From an uncultured bacterium (GTDB lineage Bacteria > Verrucomicrobiota > Verrucomicrobiia > Verrucomicrobiales > DEV007): a DNA stretch of 64,000 bases. Of the stretch, positions 19,601 through 28,139 are shown in pieces. The stretch covers positions 49,944-113,943 of the forward strand of contig CAXBMO010000020.1 of the NCBI GenBank assembly GCA_963977015.1. Reading direction: 5' to 3'. The notes beneath the pieces were generated by a model. It was not told the DNA's origin. It saw nothing but the letters and a program-made list of their open reading frames with translations, and did no database searches. The position numbers were made by a program, and so were the translations under genes. The stretch's first letter is position 1; every line of letters begins with the position of its first letter.

Positions 19601-19873
19601 TCAATCCGATTCCGGGACATGGAATCCGGCAACATGATCGAACGCCGCTGGCCCATCCCCTACGAACCAACCGCCGCTCGCCTCGATCAGGCGACCTCAT
19701 CCATGAAACTCGCGACCTGTGCCGCGCTCCTCGGCTCGAAACTCAAGGACGACGAGCTGGGACAAACCGTCGATCTGGGACAGTTGGCACGTTATGCCGG
19801 TTCTCTGCAGGGCGAACGCGCCGGTCAACTGCTCCAGATGATCCAGCAGGCGCGTGATCTGACAAATGAATGA
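16640..19873 (+). CDS. Anti-sigma-like N-terminus, TM helix, long low-complexity linker and YfbK-like VWA (vWF_A/VWA/DUF3520) domain
   Basis: TM WVRWVSLAAAACFIGLLTLSVFLP; PFSTFSLHVSDVSF, RVEEFVNAFDY, MIDAS DKSGS, GGTN, ITDG, FRNDKVDAAE. Confidence 0.85.
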   Translation: MKDDPNQNLEPNLETWIEPELEARIVALVLGEASDFEREELERLIAEKPELALFRDRIASTHELLSEVASGKGEAAEWKLSAERRKTVLDVVSTTPPMKQPDAPVAISKQKSGKPWVRWVSLAAAACFIGLLTLSVFLPTGHPIMKQARSMDVATNAESMPEFERDSSSLSRQPTDLGATSSSIYSFAGEAEKSAIQLAENEPAPIEMAKNTVPARSSLESLRQTMSESVIVDASSPTSGIAQGTRLFEKSSRDGIHSSGTVDAFGSSGEEIDAVADGSINVGGRIAGISKSGSKANASSSDRNADDELHGGASLSLDWDSDETVDGAFLNGAKADHSRKLLRDERSSREMPAQDSFADLGQSDLNSLAARPTTPSSRVAKPRPSAAPAAPTPAPRFEEETEADVAMPAPVTASPKPTFGFRGGNGGGIGGGAAPDEPFAEMPVAQGDQTLEMKKDGDPFGMVPQEPQPHAVERQSPDGASAFRRLAERDNAPQSESKPAPGHGQVANFKERSLGLGNAIPEQPGNAQGPAIQNRGSIRALGNESGGHIVVEERMKRESILKKQSPPAAKQAKAKKMPQRQSDKLAMEGMDRAKDEFSRKEPSLEDTETADGKSLSLDTNIPLSMIKLSEAKSPPQKVTFPEETAAKNPFSTFSLHVSDVSFKLAQEALAKGTWPDRERIRVEEFVNAFDYGDPMPSQAEKVAANQEQAIHPFLQQRNLLRIAMRTAAAGRAGQTPLRLTILLDKSGSMERPDRVATVDRAFTQLVGQLFPSDQVTLLSFARQPRLLADQASGAELTQLANLAEQTPTEGGTNLEAALQLAFEKAEQQKLIGAQNRIVLITDGAANLGDADPAQLSRMIETIRDRGIAFDAAGVGAEGLNDEILEALTRKGDGRYYLLSRPEDAEDGFAKQIAGALRPAAKNVKIQVEFNPERVGRYKLIGFEKHRLKKEDFRNDKVDAAEMAAEEAGVALYQIEPLPNGSGDIGSVSIRFRDMESGNMIERRWPIPYEPTAARLDQATSSMKLATCAALLGSKLKDDELGQTVDLGQLARYAGSLQGERAGQLLQMIQQARDLTNE

Positions 19874-22800
19874 CAATTTTGTGGTCGATTCCTCAAGACC
19901 AACCTTCCATCTATACCTTATGAAAACCCGGGAAACTTTGGCAACGCGAAACCTCACCTTGCACTGGTTACGTCCATTATGGCTTTTCGTTGGCCTCATC
20001 CACGCGTTCGCACCTTTCGTGATCGCACAGGAACCGCCACCCCTGATCATCCCGGAAGATGCCGGCAAGATCATCATCGAAACCCGGCCCACCGAGAAGC
20101 CACCGGTTTTTCATTCCGCCAAGGCGCAGGCCGCTGTCCAAGTTCTCCCCAACCGGATTGAGCAGGAAATTCGACTGGAGATTCACGTGATTCAGGGCGA
20201 CGCCGAAACGCTCAGCATCGGCATCAATGGGAACGACGAAATCACCGCCGTCGAAGCGGATCAGATCGACTCGTGGGCGGTCCGGCGAGAAGGAAAGTCG
20301 CGCTTTCTCGACCTCAAAGTCAAAGCCGGCGTCAAAGAACTGAGGCCGTTGGTGAGACTGCGTTCGCCGGAGTTTGAATTGCCCGGCACCATCGCCCTCA
20401 CCCATCTCACGCCCGGCAAGTCGGTCGGATTCAACTCCGTCATCACCCTCAAGTACGCGCCGGGAGTCGAGGGCAAAGTCATCGAGGTTCCCGGTTTCAA
20501 TCCGCTCGACACCAAGAACCAATTTCAGACTTCTTCCGGAGGAATCCTGAAAATCCAGCTCGCCCATTCCGGCGCGTTGGCCAAACCAGTCGAACTGACC
20601 GACTCGCAATTGACGGGAAAGGTCGATCCCACCGGCAAGTTCGTTGAGTTTCAACTCCGCGGAACGGCCAACGTGACGGAGAACGATGCCAGCCTCATTC
20701 TGCTTCAGGGAAACGCCGCCGCGAGTCGAATTGGACAGGGTTTTGGTTATCGCCTCAAACTGACCGAACCCACTCCGGGGCAACCCGTCTACGAACTCGT
20801 GTTTGACGGACCGGGACGTTTTCCGGTGGAGCTGGATTTCGTCGCACCGATCACCGAATCCAAGGAGTGGCGCGCGGTCGACTTCAGCCTTTCGGCCGGC
20901 GCAGTCGTTCCGCTGAATCTTCTCGGTTTGGGAACAGACGTCGAGTTCCGGGAAACGACCTCCGTCGTGCCAGTCCAGGCGGGAGACTCCTGGCGGGGAT
21001 TTCTGCCGGCAAACGGACACCTCTCCGCAGCGTGGAAGAGCGGCCGCAAGGCGGGAGAAGGCAAACTCTTCTTCGCAACGACTGCAACGGTTGAGTCCAG
21101 CGTCGGCGCCGGTCTCCTGCGGCAGAATCACCGGATCGACTACAAGATCCTTCAAGGCGAACTGGACTCTCTCACCTACACCCTCGACGGCCCCGGGGAA
21201 ATCCTCGCGGTGGAAGGCCAGAACATCATCGGTTGGAAAGTCGAAGCGCAACGGCTCCTCCTCAGCCTCAGCCAACCCATTACTGGAAACGCCCAGATTG
21301 ATATCCGAACCCAAACCGCGCTCGACGCGTTCCCGGTTCGGCTCGATCCCCTTCGCATCACCCCGGACGGAGCGGTCCGCCACTCCGGGTTCATCCGGTT
21401 GACCAATCAGGGTTCCGTCCGGCTCGAACCCACGTCCCTCACCGGTTTGACCCAGCTCGCTCCGGACCAGTTTCCCGGTGGCGCGGTCCAGGCTCGCCAG
21501 ATTTTCGTCTACCGCTTTCCCGCGGCCGACTTCGACTACGAAGTGATGGCGGATCGCATCCAGCCCGAGATCAATCTTTCCCAGATCACCATCTATCACC
21601 TCGCGGAAACGGATCGCGTCATCACAACCGACGTGGAACTCGACATTCGCGAAGCGCCCCTTCGCGAATTCGACATCGTCATCCCGGCGGACTACTCCGT
21701 GGTTGCCGCGACCGGAGCCAGCGTCGGTGATTACGTCGTCGGCACCCAAACCACGGATGGTCAGCGCAACCTCAAAATCATTTTCGCGCAGGACGTCTCC
21801 GGGCGTCATCTCATCAATCTGCATCTCGAGAAGAATGAAAGCGCAGCAGCTGGCGATTGGGTGCTGCCCCGGCTGTCCTTTCCTGCGGCAAAATCGGTGC
21901 GCGGAGACATTGGCGTCGTCGGCGCTCCCGGCTTCCGGATCGGCGTCAGCCAGGTCGATCTCCTCGCCGAGAAGCCGCTGAGCTACTTCCCGAAATCCAC
22001 ACCCAACCTGCAACAGGCTTTCCGGATCCGGGAACGCGATTGGCAGGCTTTCATGAACGTTGAGATCCTGGAGAAGAGCGTCCAGGCCGATGTCTTCCAC
22101 CTCTATTCACTCAACAATCGCACCGCCTACGCGAGCGTTCTCCTGAACTACTTCGTGACGGGCGCGCCGGTTTCCGAATGGAAATTAACGGTCCCGGCCG
22201 AGTTCGGAAACGTGATGGTCGATGGTCAGGATGTCCGAACCTGGCGGCGTGAGGACGACACCCTCTTCGTCTCGCTGCATCAGCCCGTGATCGGATCGCA
22301 CACCTTGCTGGTTACCTACGAGGAACAGATGACCGGGGGGACGATTCAACCGGGCCGCGTCGCTCCGATCGACGTGCTTGGCGAACGCGGATTCATTCAT
22401 GTCGTCAGCCCGGTCCAGGTCGAAACCGAAGCAACTCCGAGCGAGAACCTTCTCGAATTGGACGCGCTGGAGCTTCCGGCCGAGTTCCGCCTCCTGACCT
22501 CCGCGCCACCGTTGGAGACCTATCAATACACCAGCCGCCCCTTCAGTCTCAGTCTGTCCGCCAAATGGTTTGAGCCTGGCGAAACGGTGACTCAAGTCGT
22601 CGAATTCTCGGAAGTCTCCAGTCGCGTCAGCGCAGATGGAGAACTGGTGACAGACATCTCCTACTTTGTGAAATCCCGCGGTCAGCAGGCGCTCCGCGTC
22701 GTACTTCCCAACCAAATGCGGCTTTGGAAAGTGTCGGTTTCCGGGCAGTCCGTCAGTGCCCGCCAGGATGGCGACGCGACCCTGATTCCTCTTCCGGCCG

Positions 22801-23609
22801 GGACCGACCCCAACCTTCCGGTCGAGGTGAAACTCGGTCTCGCGAAGCCGGCCCAACCCGGGAAATACCCGCTTCTCCAGCTTCCCTCGGTTTTTGCGCC
22901 CGTCCTCAAAACCGTCTGGAAAATCCATGGCGAGACTGGTCGAAAATTGGTTCCCGTGGGCGGAACGGTCGAGCCCCCCAAACCGGTCCTCATCCCGCGC
23001 GGAATCAGTTGGATCGCCCAACACGGACTGGTCAAGGGATTCGTCATCGGCGCCCTCCTCCTGCTCGGAATCACTCTTTGCCGCAAGCAATGGATCCTCC
23101 AGATCCTCGGGATGGCCATCGTCCTCATTGCGGTTGGCGCCTCCCTGATCACGGCGGAAGACGCTTACCGCGTCAATCGCTCGGCCAACGCCCTGGAGCT
23201 CAATCTCCCGATCCTCGCATCCGAAGACGTCGTGGAGCTGCAAGTTCGAAACGTCTCCCCTCTTTGGGCAAACCTGTCCATTCCGGGCATCGTTCTGGCG
23301 GCGATTGGTATTGGGCTGGCCACTTGGTCGCTGATCGCACCAAGCCATCAGCGCACGATTCGCGCAGCCGGAATCCTGATGATCGCGTTCGGCCTTTTGC
23401 TCCAACGTGGAGGTGCTCCCTGGTTTTTCGGTTTGCTGGGACTGCTCACATTCCTTCTCGTCTTCGTGCCTCACGCCTGGAAGTTTTGCCAAACATCCTG
23501 GCAATGGTGGCAGGAGCGACGACGTCGCAAGGCCTCGAAAAAACCGCCATCGGGCTCCCCGGAACCTGACACCGACCTCACACCAACCCCACAAGGAGAA
23601 CAAGCATGA
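19866..23609 (+). CDS. Large exported beta-repeat protein with a C-terminal multi-TM region, function unknown
   Basis: 1247-aa ORF; signal-peptide-like segment ending ...PFVIAQ; repeated beta-rich units; several TM helices near the C-terminus; start may be 19920. Confidence 0.8.
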   Translation: MNDNFVVDSSRPTFHLYLMKTRETLATRNLTLHWLRPLWLFVGLIHAFAPFVIAQEPPPLIIPEDAGKIIIETRPTEKPPVFHSAKAQAAVQVLPNRIEQEIRLEIHVIQGDAETLSIGINGNDEITAVEADQIDSWAVRREGKSRFLDLKVKAGVKELRPLVRLRSPEFELPGTIALTHLTPGKSVGFNSVITLKYAPGVEGKVIEVPGFNPLDTKNQFQTSSGGILKIQLAHSGALAKPVELTDSQLTGKVDPTGKFVEFQLRGTANVTENDASLILLQGNAAASRIGQGFGYRLKLTEPTPGQPVYELVFDGPGRFPVELDFVAPITESKEWRAVDFSLSAGAVVPLNLLGLGTDVEFRETTSVVPVQAGDSWRGFLPANGHLSAAWKSGRKAGEGKLFFATTATVESSVGAGLLRQNHRIDYKILQGELDSLTYTLDGPGEILAVEGQNIIGWKVEAQRLLLSLSQPITGNAQIDIRTQTALDAFPVRLDPLRITPDGAVRHSGFIRLTNQGSVRLEPTSLTGLTQLAPDQFPGGAVQARQIFVYRFPAADFDYEVMADRIQPEINLSQITIYHLAETDRVITTDVELDIREAPLREFDIVIPADYSVVAATGASVGDYVVGTQTTDGQRNLKIIFAQDVSGRHLINLHLEKNESAAAGDWVLPRLSFPAAKSVRGDIGVVGAPGFRIGVSQVDLLAEKPLSYFPKSTPNLQQAFRIRERDWQAFMNVEILEKSVQADVFHLYSLNNRTAYASVLLNYFVTGAPVSEWKLTVPAEFGNVMVDGQDVRTWRREDDTLFVSLHQPVIGSHTLLVTYEEQMTGGTIQPGRVAPIDVLGERGFIHVVSPVQVETEATPSENLLELDALELPAEFRLLTSAPPLETYQYTSRPFSLSLSAKWFEPGETVTQVVEFSEVSSRVSADGELVTDISYFVKSRGQQALRVVLPNQMRLWKVSVSGQSVSARQDGDATLIPLPAGTDPNLPVEVKLGLAKPAQPGKYPLLQLPSVFAPVLKTVWKIHGETGRKLVPVGGTVEPPKPVLIPRGISWIAQHGLVKGFVIGALLLLGITLCRKQWILQILGMAIVLIAVGASLITAEDAYRVNRSANALELNLPILASEDVVELQVRNVSPLWANLSIPGIVLAAIGIGLATWSLIAPSHQRTIRAAGILMIAFGLLLQRGGAPWFFGLLGLLTFLLVFVPHAWKFCQTSWQWWQERRRRKASKKPPSGSPEPDTDLTPTPQGEQA

Positions 23610-26600
23610 GCCTGAACCGCCTCCCTTCCTTCCCAACGTTCACGAGAATGACCACCAAGCTCTGTTTCGCCGTCGTTTTGATTTCGTCGGCTGTCCTTAC
23701 CAACCTGGCCACAGCCAAAGGAGCCCCTCCCTCCATCCCCCCCGGTTTCAAGGCGGCGGACTTGATCCTGCAAACCTGGGAACTCGCGGATCATCGAATC
23801 ACGGCCAGTGCCCAGCTCCAGGTGTCCGGGAAGCCGGGAGATCAATTTGTCCTGCTGCGCGCGCCGTCCGTTTTGACGAATTTTTCCGGACCAGGGCTCC
23901 GCGTTACCCAACACCAGGTCGAGGGTGCCCTTGCCTACATCGTGAGCGTGGGCGCGAACCCGGAGAATCCCGGCGAACAAACCTACACGGCCACCTTCGA
24001 ATTCCAACTCGACGTCCCTGACCCGATTGCCGGATTCACGGTCCCGACCGGACCTGCCGCCGTCCAGGAAGTTGAACTTTCCTACGAGAAACCGGATTGG
24101 CAGTTTACCTCACCCTCTGCGGTGCGAATCCGAAGTCAGCCTGACAAAACCAAAAGTGTGGCGACGATCCTGCTCGGAGCAACGAGCCGGGCCCACATCG
24201 CGATCAAGCCGCAAACCCGCGATCTCACGGCTGAGGAAGCCCAATTCTATGTGGAAGGCGCGAATCTCTATCTGCCCAGCCCCGGCGTGATCGATGGACG
24301 TCACCGCATCAACATTCGCCCCTCACAGGGTCAGGTCAGCAGCCTGGAGATTGCGGTGCCCGCCGGCATCACCGTCAGCAACGTGACCGGTTCGGTCGGG
24401 TCCTGGCAGTTTGACGCCGATTCAGGAAAATTGGATCTCGTGATTGAGCCGCCTCAATCCAAACCGTTTTCGGTGATGGTCGAATCGCAACGCAGCCTCG
24501 CGACGTTGCCCACCGATGTTGAACTCGCTCCTCTCACCGTCGCCGATTCGGCCGGAGAAGTCGGGCTTCTCGCCCTGGCCTTCGGAGCTGACGCTCAACC
24601 TGAGAAAGCGGATTCCGAACTCTCCGCCGTCAACTTGAGCGACTTCGATGCATCCCTGGTTCCCGGCGGCCAAACGCTTCATCGCGTCTTTCGCTATGGA
24701 GAGGAAGGCGGGCTGGTTGCGCTCCGCGCCGCTCCGGTTTCCCCTGAAGTTCGCGTCACCACCCAACAAGTGCTTTCGCTCGGGGACGAACGGATCGTGC
24801 TCAACGTCAACGTCGTCGCGGAAATCACCCGGGCAGGCTTGTTTCAACTGAGCTTTCCGCTTCCTACGGGACTCGAAATCGAATCGCTGACCGGCACGGC
24901 TCTCCATCATTGGGCCGAGCTAGCCGAGGACGACCAGAACCAGATCATTCTTCATCTCAACGGGAAAACGATCGGGCGCCAGGAATTTGCCATCACCATG
25001 ACCGGCGCCGCTCCATCGGACGGCGACTGGGAGCTGCCGCGTTTCTTCGTGAACGAAGCGAATCGCCAAACCGGTAACCTGGTCGTTCGCCCAACGACGG
25101 GAATCCGTCTCCGCACCACCTCCCGGCAAAACGTGTCCGAGGTTGACCCACGAAGCCTTGGTGGCGAGGGCAAAGGCGCCCTGGCCTTCCGTCTGCTCCA
25201 GGGCGATTGGAATCTGATTCTCGGAATCGAAAAACTCGATCCCTGGGTGACGGGCCAGGTTCTTCACGAAATCACGCTTCGCGAGGGACAGACGCGCACC
25301 GCCATTCTCGGAAACTTCCAGGTGCAAAACGCCTCGATTCGCACGCTCACGGTCCGGCTCCCAATCACCGATCCCGAAGAGATCAAGAGCGTGCGGGCAT
25401 GGGGAAGTTCGATCAGCGACATGATTCGAACCGCGCCGGATTCCGACCTCTGGGAGATTCAGTTCAAACGCAGGGTGGTTGGCGACGTCCAGGTGCGGAT
25501 CGAATACGAACGCCGAAGCGGACGGGAGGACAACGCCGAAAGCCTGGCGTTGGCTGAGTTTCCGGAAGCACGCCAGCTTTCCTATCATTACGCCGTTCGC
25601 GCCGGAGGACGGTTGGAAATCGAGGTCGGCCAACTGCCCAAGGGTTGGCAGCGCGCGGATTGGAACGCGGTGCCCGCATCACTTCGCGAAGCTGGCGATC
25701 GCAGCATCCCGGCCCTCGCCCTGCGCGCGGTATCGCCCGACGAGAATTTCACCATTCGGCTGCGTCGCCATTCGCTGGCCGATGCCCTCAAGCTCCGGGT
25801 CGCCAACGGCCACCTGACGACGGTGCTGTCTCCCATGGGGGATCAACTCACCGAGGTCGGGTTGAACCTTGAAGTGATCCAGCGCAGCAGCCTGACGATC
25901 ACGCTCCCCAACGAAGGCGAATTGTTCAGCATCTTCGTGAATGGCGAAAGCGTGAGCACGGTTCGGCAGGGAGATGCCTACCAGTTCTACATTCTTCCCG
26001 GCGGCGACGATCGAACCGCCAATGTGCGTTTCGTCTACTCCATCCCCGGCTCCAAACTCCGAAAGCTGGATCTCGTCAGCCCTCTGCTCAACGTGCCGTT
26101 GGAACAGATCGAATGGCGGGTGTTGGTTCCGGCCGGATTCGAGTTGGCCGATCAACGCGGCAATATGGAACTGAAGTCGGAGCAGGCCACGCCGGTGTTT
26201 TTCGGCAAGGCGGACTGGCAGTCCAAGAGCGGCAAAATGCGGGTCACCCAGGCTCGCCAGGCCGAGGAGCTCCTTGAGCAGGCCAACCAGTATCTCCAGA
26301 AAGGCGAACAAGGGAAGGCGAAGCGCGCTTTGAGCAGTGTCGCCAACCAATACGCGTTGGACGCAGCCTCCAACGAGGACGCCCGGGTGCAACTGGAGAA
26401 CCTCCAGACTCAACAAGCGGTGGTGGGGTTAAACACTCGCCGCCAGCGTCTCTATCTCGACAACCGGGCCGCCGAATCCGACTCCAATTTCAACGATCAA
26501 CTGGCCCAGGGCGCGGCCGCCAACCCCATTCTCCAGCAAGGAGATACCAATTTCCGGCCTCAGGAAATCTCGCAGTTACTCCAGGGAAACACGACGGAAG

Positions 26601-26881
26601 AAAACACGGTTCTCCAGCGAATCGCGGGCCGCCTCGTCAAGCACCAGAAAGCGACCGAACCCGCACCCCAGGCGATCACGATTACGCTCCCGGAAGAGGG
26701 TCACGTTTACGAATTCAGCCGGACGGTGCAGGTGAACGAGGATGCTCTCCTCCGCTTGAAGTTGTTGTTTGAAAAAACCGACCAAACCGCCGGGTGGCGC
26801 CTGATTTTGTTGGGCGCGATGTTGGTCCTCCTGTTGGCAGCCTTCTGGACTTCTGTGAGTGGTAAGGCGCGAACCAGCTAG
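23606..26881 (+). CDS. Large exported beta-repeat protein with a helical segment and C-terminal TM anchor, function unknown
   Basis: 1091-aa ORF; ATGA overlap with the upstream gene; signal peptide; similar repeat units; terminal TM WRLILLGAMLVLLLAAFW. Confidence 0.8.
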   Translation: MSLNRLPSFPTFTRMTTKLCFAVVLISSAVLTNLATAKGAPPSIPPGFKAADLILQTWELADHRITASAQLQVSGKPGDQFVLLRAPSVLTNFSGPGLRVTQHQVEGALAYIVSVGANPENPGEQTYTATFEFQLDVPDPIAGFTVPTGPAAVQEVELSYEKPDWQFTSPSAVRIRSQPDKTKSVATILLGATSRAHIAIKPQTRDLTAEEAQFYVEGANLYLPSPGVIDGRHRINIRPSQGQVSSLEIAVPAGITVSNVTGSVGSWQFDADSGKLDLVIEPPQSKPFSVMVESQRSLATLPTDVELAPLTVADSAGEVGLLALAFGADAQPEKADSELSAVNLSDFDASLVPGGQTLHRVFRYGEEGGLVALRAAPVSPEVRVTTQQVLSLGDERIVLNVNVVAEITRAGLFQLSFPLPTGLEIESLTGTALHHWAELAEDDQNQIILHLNGKTIGRQEFAITMTGAAPSDGDWELPRFFVNEANRQTGNLVVRPTTGIRLRTTSRQNVSEVDPRSLGGEGKGALAFRLLQGDWNLILGIEKLDPWVTGQVLHEITLREGQTRTAILGNFQVQNASIRTLTVRLPITDPEEIKSVRAWGSSISDMIRTAPDSDLWEIQFKRRVVGDVQVRIEYERRSGREDNAESLALAEFPEARQLSYHYAVRAGGRLEIEVGQLPKGWQRADWNAVPASLREAGDRSIPALALRAVSPDENFTIRLRRHSLADALKLRVANGHLTTVLSPMGDQLTEVGLNLEVIQRSSLTITLPNEGELFSIFVNGESVSTVRQGDAYQFYILPGGDDRTANVRFVYSIPGSKLRKLDLVSPLLNVPLEQIEWRVLVPAGFELADQRGNMELKSEQATPVFFGKADWQSKSGKMRVTQARQAEELLEQANQYLQKGEQGKAKRALSSVANQYALDAASNEDARVQLENLQTQQAVVGLNTRRQRLYLDNRAAESDSNFNDQLAQGAAANPILQQGDTNFRPQEISQLLQGNTTEENTVLQRIAGRLVKHQKATEPAPQAITITLPEEGHVYEFSRTVQVNEDALLRLKLLFEKTDQTAGWRLILLGAMLVLLLAAFWTSVSGKARTS

Positions 26882-26988
26882 CGCTTTGTCGCCCGTCCCT
26901 GCCGGCGTCGAAGAAACTGGCAAAAAGCTCATCGATTTGCCACCGTTGCAATATTGGCAGGCCGAGAAAAAGAACTAGGATTGAAATA

Positions 26989-28044
26989 ATGACACAGGAA
27001 GTCGTTATCAAACGCATTAAGGCTATCGAGGCTACGAAGGCGCGACTGCAACGAATTAAAGAACGAGAAGCGTTTTATGTTCCCAATCGAAATGCTGTAA
27101 AAGACGCAGTTATAGCGATGTTGACGAGTTCAGATGAGGCCGATCGCAAGCTTGCTCTTCGCGTGGCAGGAGGCAACGACATCCCTATTCCAGCAGACAC
27201 CGTGCGGGAACTCTTGGATTCTGATGAAACTTCGGGAGTAGCGTCTTCATACATAGTAGCCGCAAAAGTCACTGAGTTGATCCCGAAGCTCAATGAAATG
27301 CTTTCCAACTCGAAGAACGCTTTGGTTAGGATGAGGGCGCTTGAAGCTGTGTTGGCAATAGGAGACGAGAGCTCGAAAACTGCCCTAGCTGAAGCATATG
27401 AACAGTTGATTAAAGGCAACCCCACCAGGCGAGCAGAGTATCAAGCCATTCAAGCAAAATGGAACGCTTCGAACCTCCCGCAGACCATTCATCCTTTGCC
27501 TGCCAAGACTGTTGGCGTCTATCTGACAGAAGGAGCGAAAGGAACTGCATTTCCGGTTTCAAATACGCTGGCTCCAATCTGCGATTGCTGCCAAAAATCC
27601 ATGCTGTGCCTGTTAAACATTCCCAAAGAGGCCGATCCCATGGAGATGCCCGTTTTTCACTGCCCTCGTTGCAACTTCGATTCGCCAATTTATTTGGATC
27701 TTAGTTTCTCTCCTCCTAATTGGATCGGTGATTGCGGCGGAGAGACGGTCGATCCTGACGATTTTGAAGATGTTGGTGGCGGTACCATTGGCTGGGGACT
27801 TGAGATTCAGGGTGCGGGAGAGTCACGAACCTTTATCGGAGGCGAACCTGATTGGGTCCAGGGTGAAGTGGGTGTTGAAAAGGAGTTTCAATGCCCTGAA
27901 TGCGAGCAAAAAATGGAATTTGTCATCCAGATGGAGACCGACTATACGCTCGGCACGGGTCTGTATTTCTTCCACGGCGGCATCATGTACGTCCACCGCT
28001 GCCGCGAATGCCAGGTGGCGTGCTATTTCTTCCAGACTTCGTAA
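26989..28044 (+). CDS. HEAT-repeat protein with a Cys-rich YwqG/DUF1963-like C-terminal domain
   Basis: LVRMRALEAVLAIGD HEAT-like helix pairs; FIGGEPDWVQ; CxxC motifs CDCC, CPRC, CPEC, CREC. Confidence 0.6.
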   Translation: MTQEVVIKRIKAIEATKARLQRIKEREAFYVPNRNAVKDAVIAMLTSSDEADRKLALRVAGGNDIPIPADTVRELLDSDETSGVASSYIVAAKVTELIPKLNEMLSNSKNALVRMRALEAVLAIGDESSKTALAEAYEQLIKGNPTRRAEYQAIQAKWNASNLPQTIHPLPAKTVGVYLTEGAKGTAFPVSNTLAPICDCCQKSMLCLLNIPKEADPMEMPVFHCPRCNFDSPIYLDLSFSPPNWIGDCGGETVDPDDFEDVGGGTIGWGLEIQGAGESRTFIGGEPDWVQGEVGVEKEFQCPECEQKMEFVIQMETDYTLGTGLYFFHGGIMYVHRCRECQVACYFFQTS

Positions 28045-28139
28045 GTCGGCAGGATGACTTTTTGGTTTCGTTAGAAAAGTTGGGGATTATTTCGATCGTT
28101 TTTGCTTGAGTTTCGCCCGAAGCTCACCACCATCCCTGC

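Noticed and set aside
19977-23636. Long minus-strand ORFs (707 and 483 aa), and similar long antisense ORFs at 13332-14699, 43855-45474, 47579-48946 and 54097-55860
   Set aside because: They lie opposite well-supported genes, lack motifs and are expected from high-GC codon bias.
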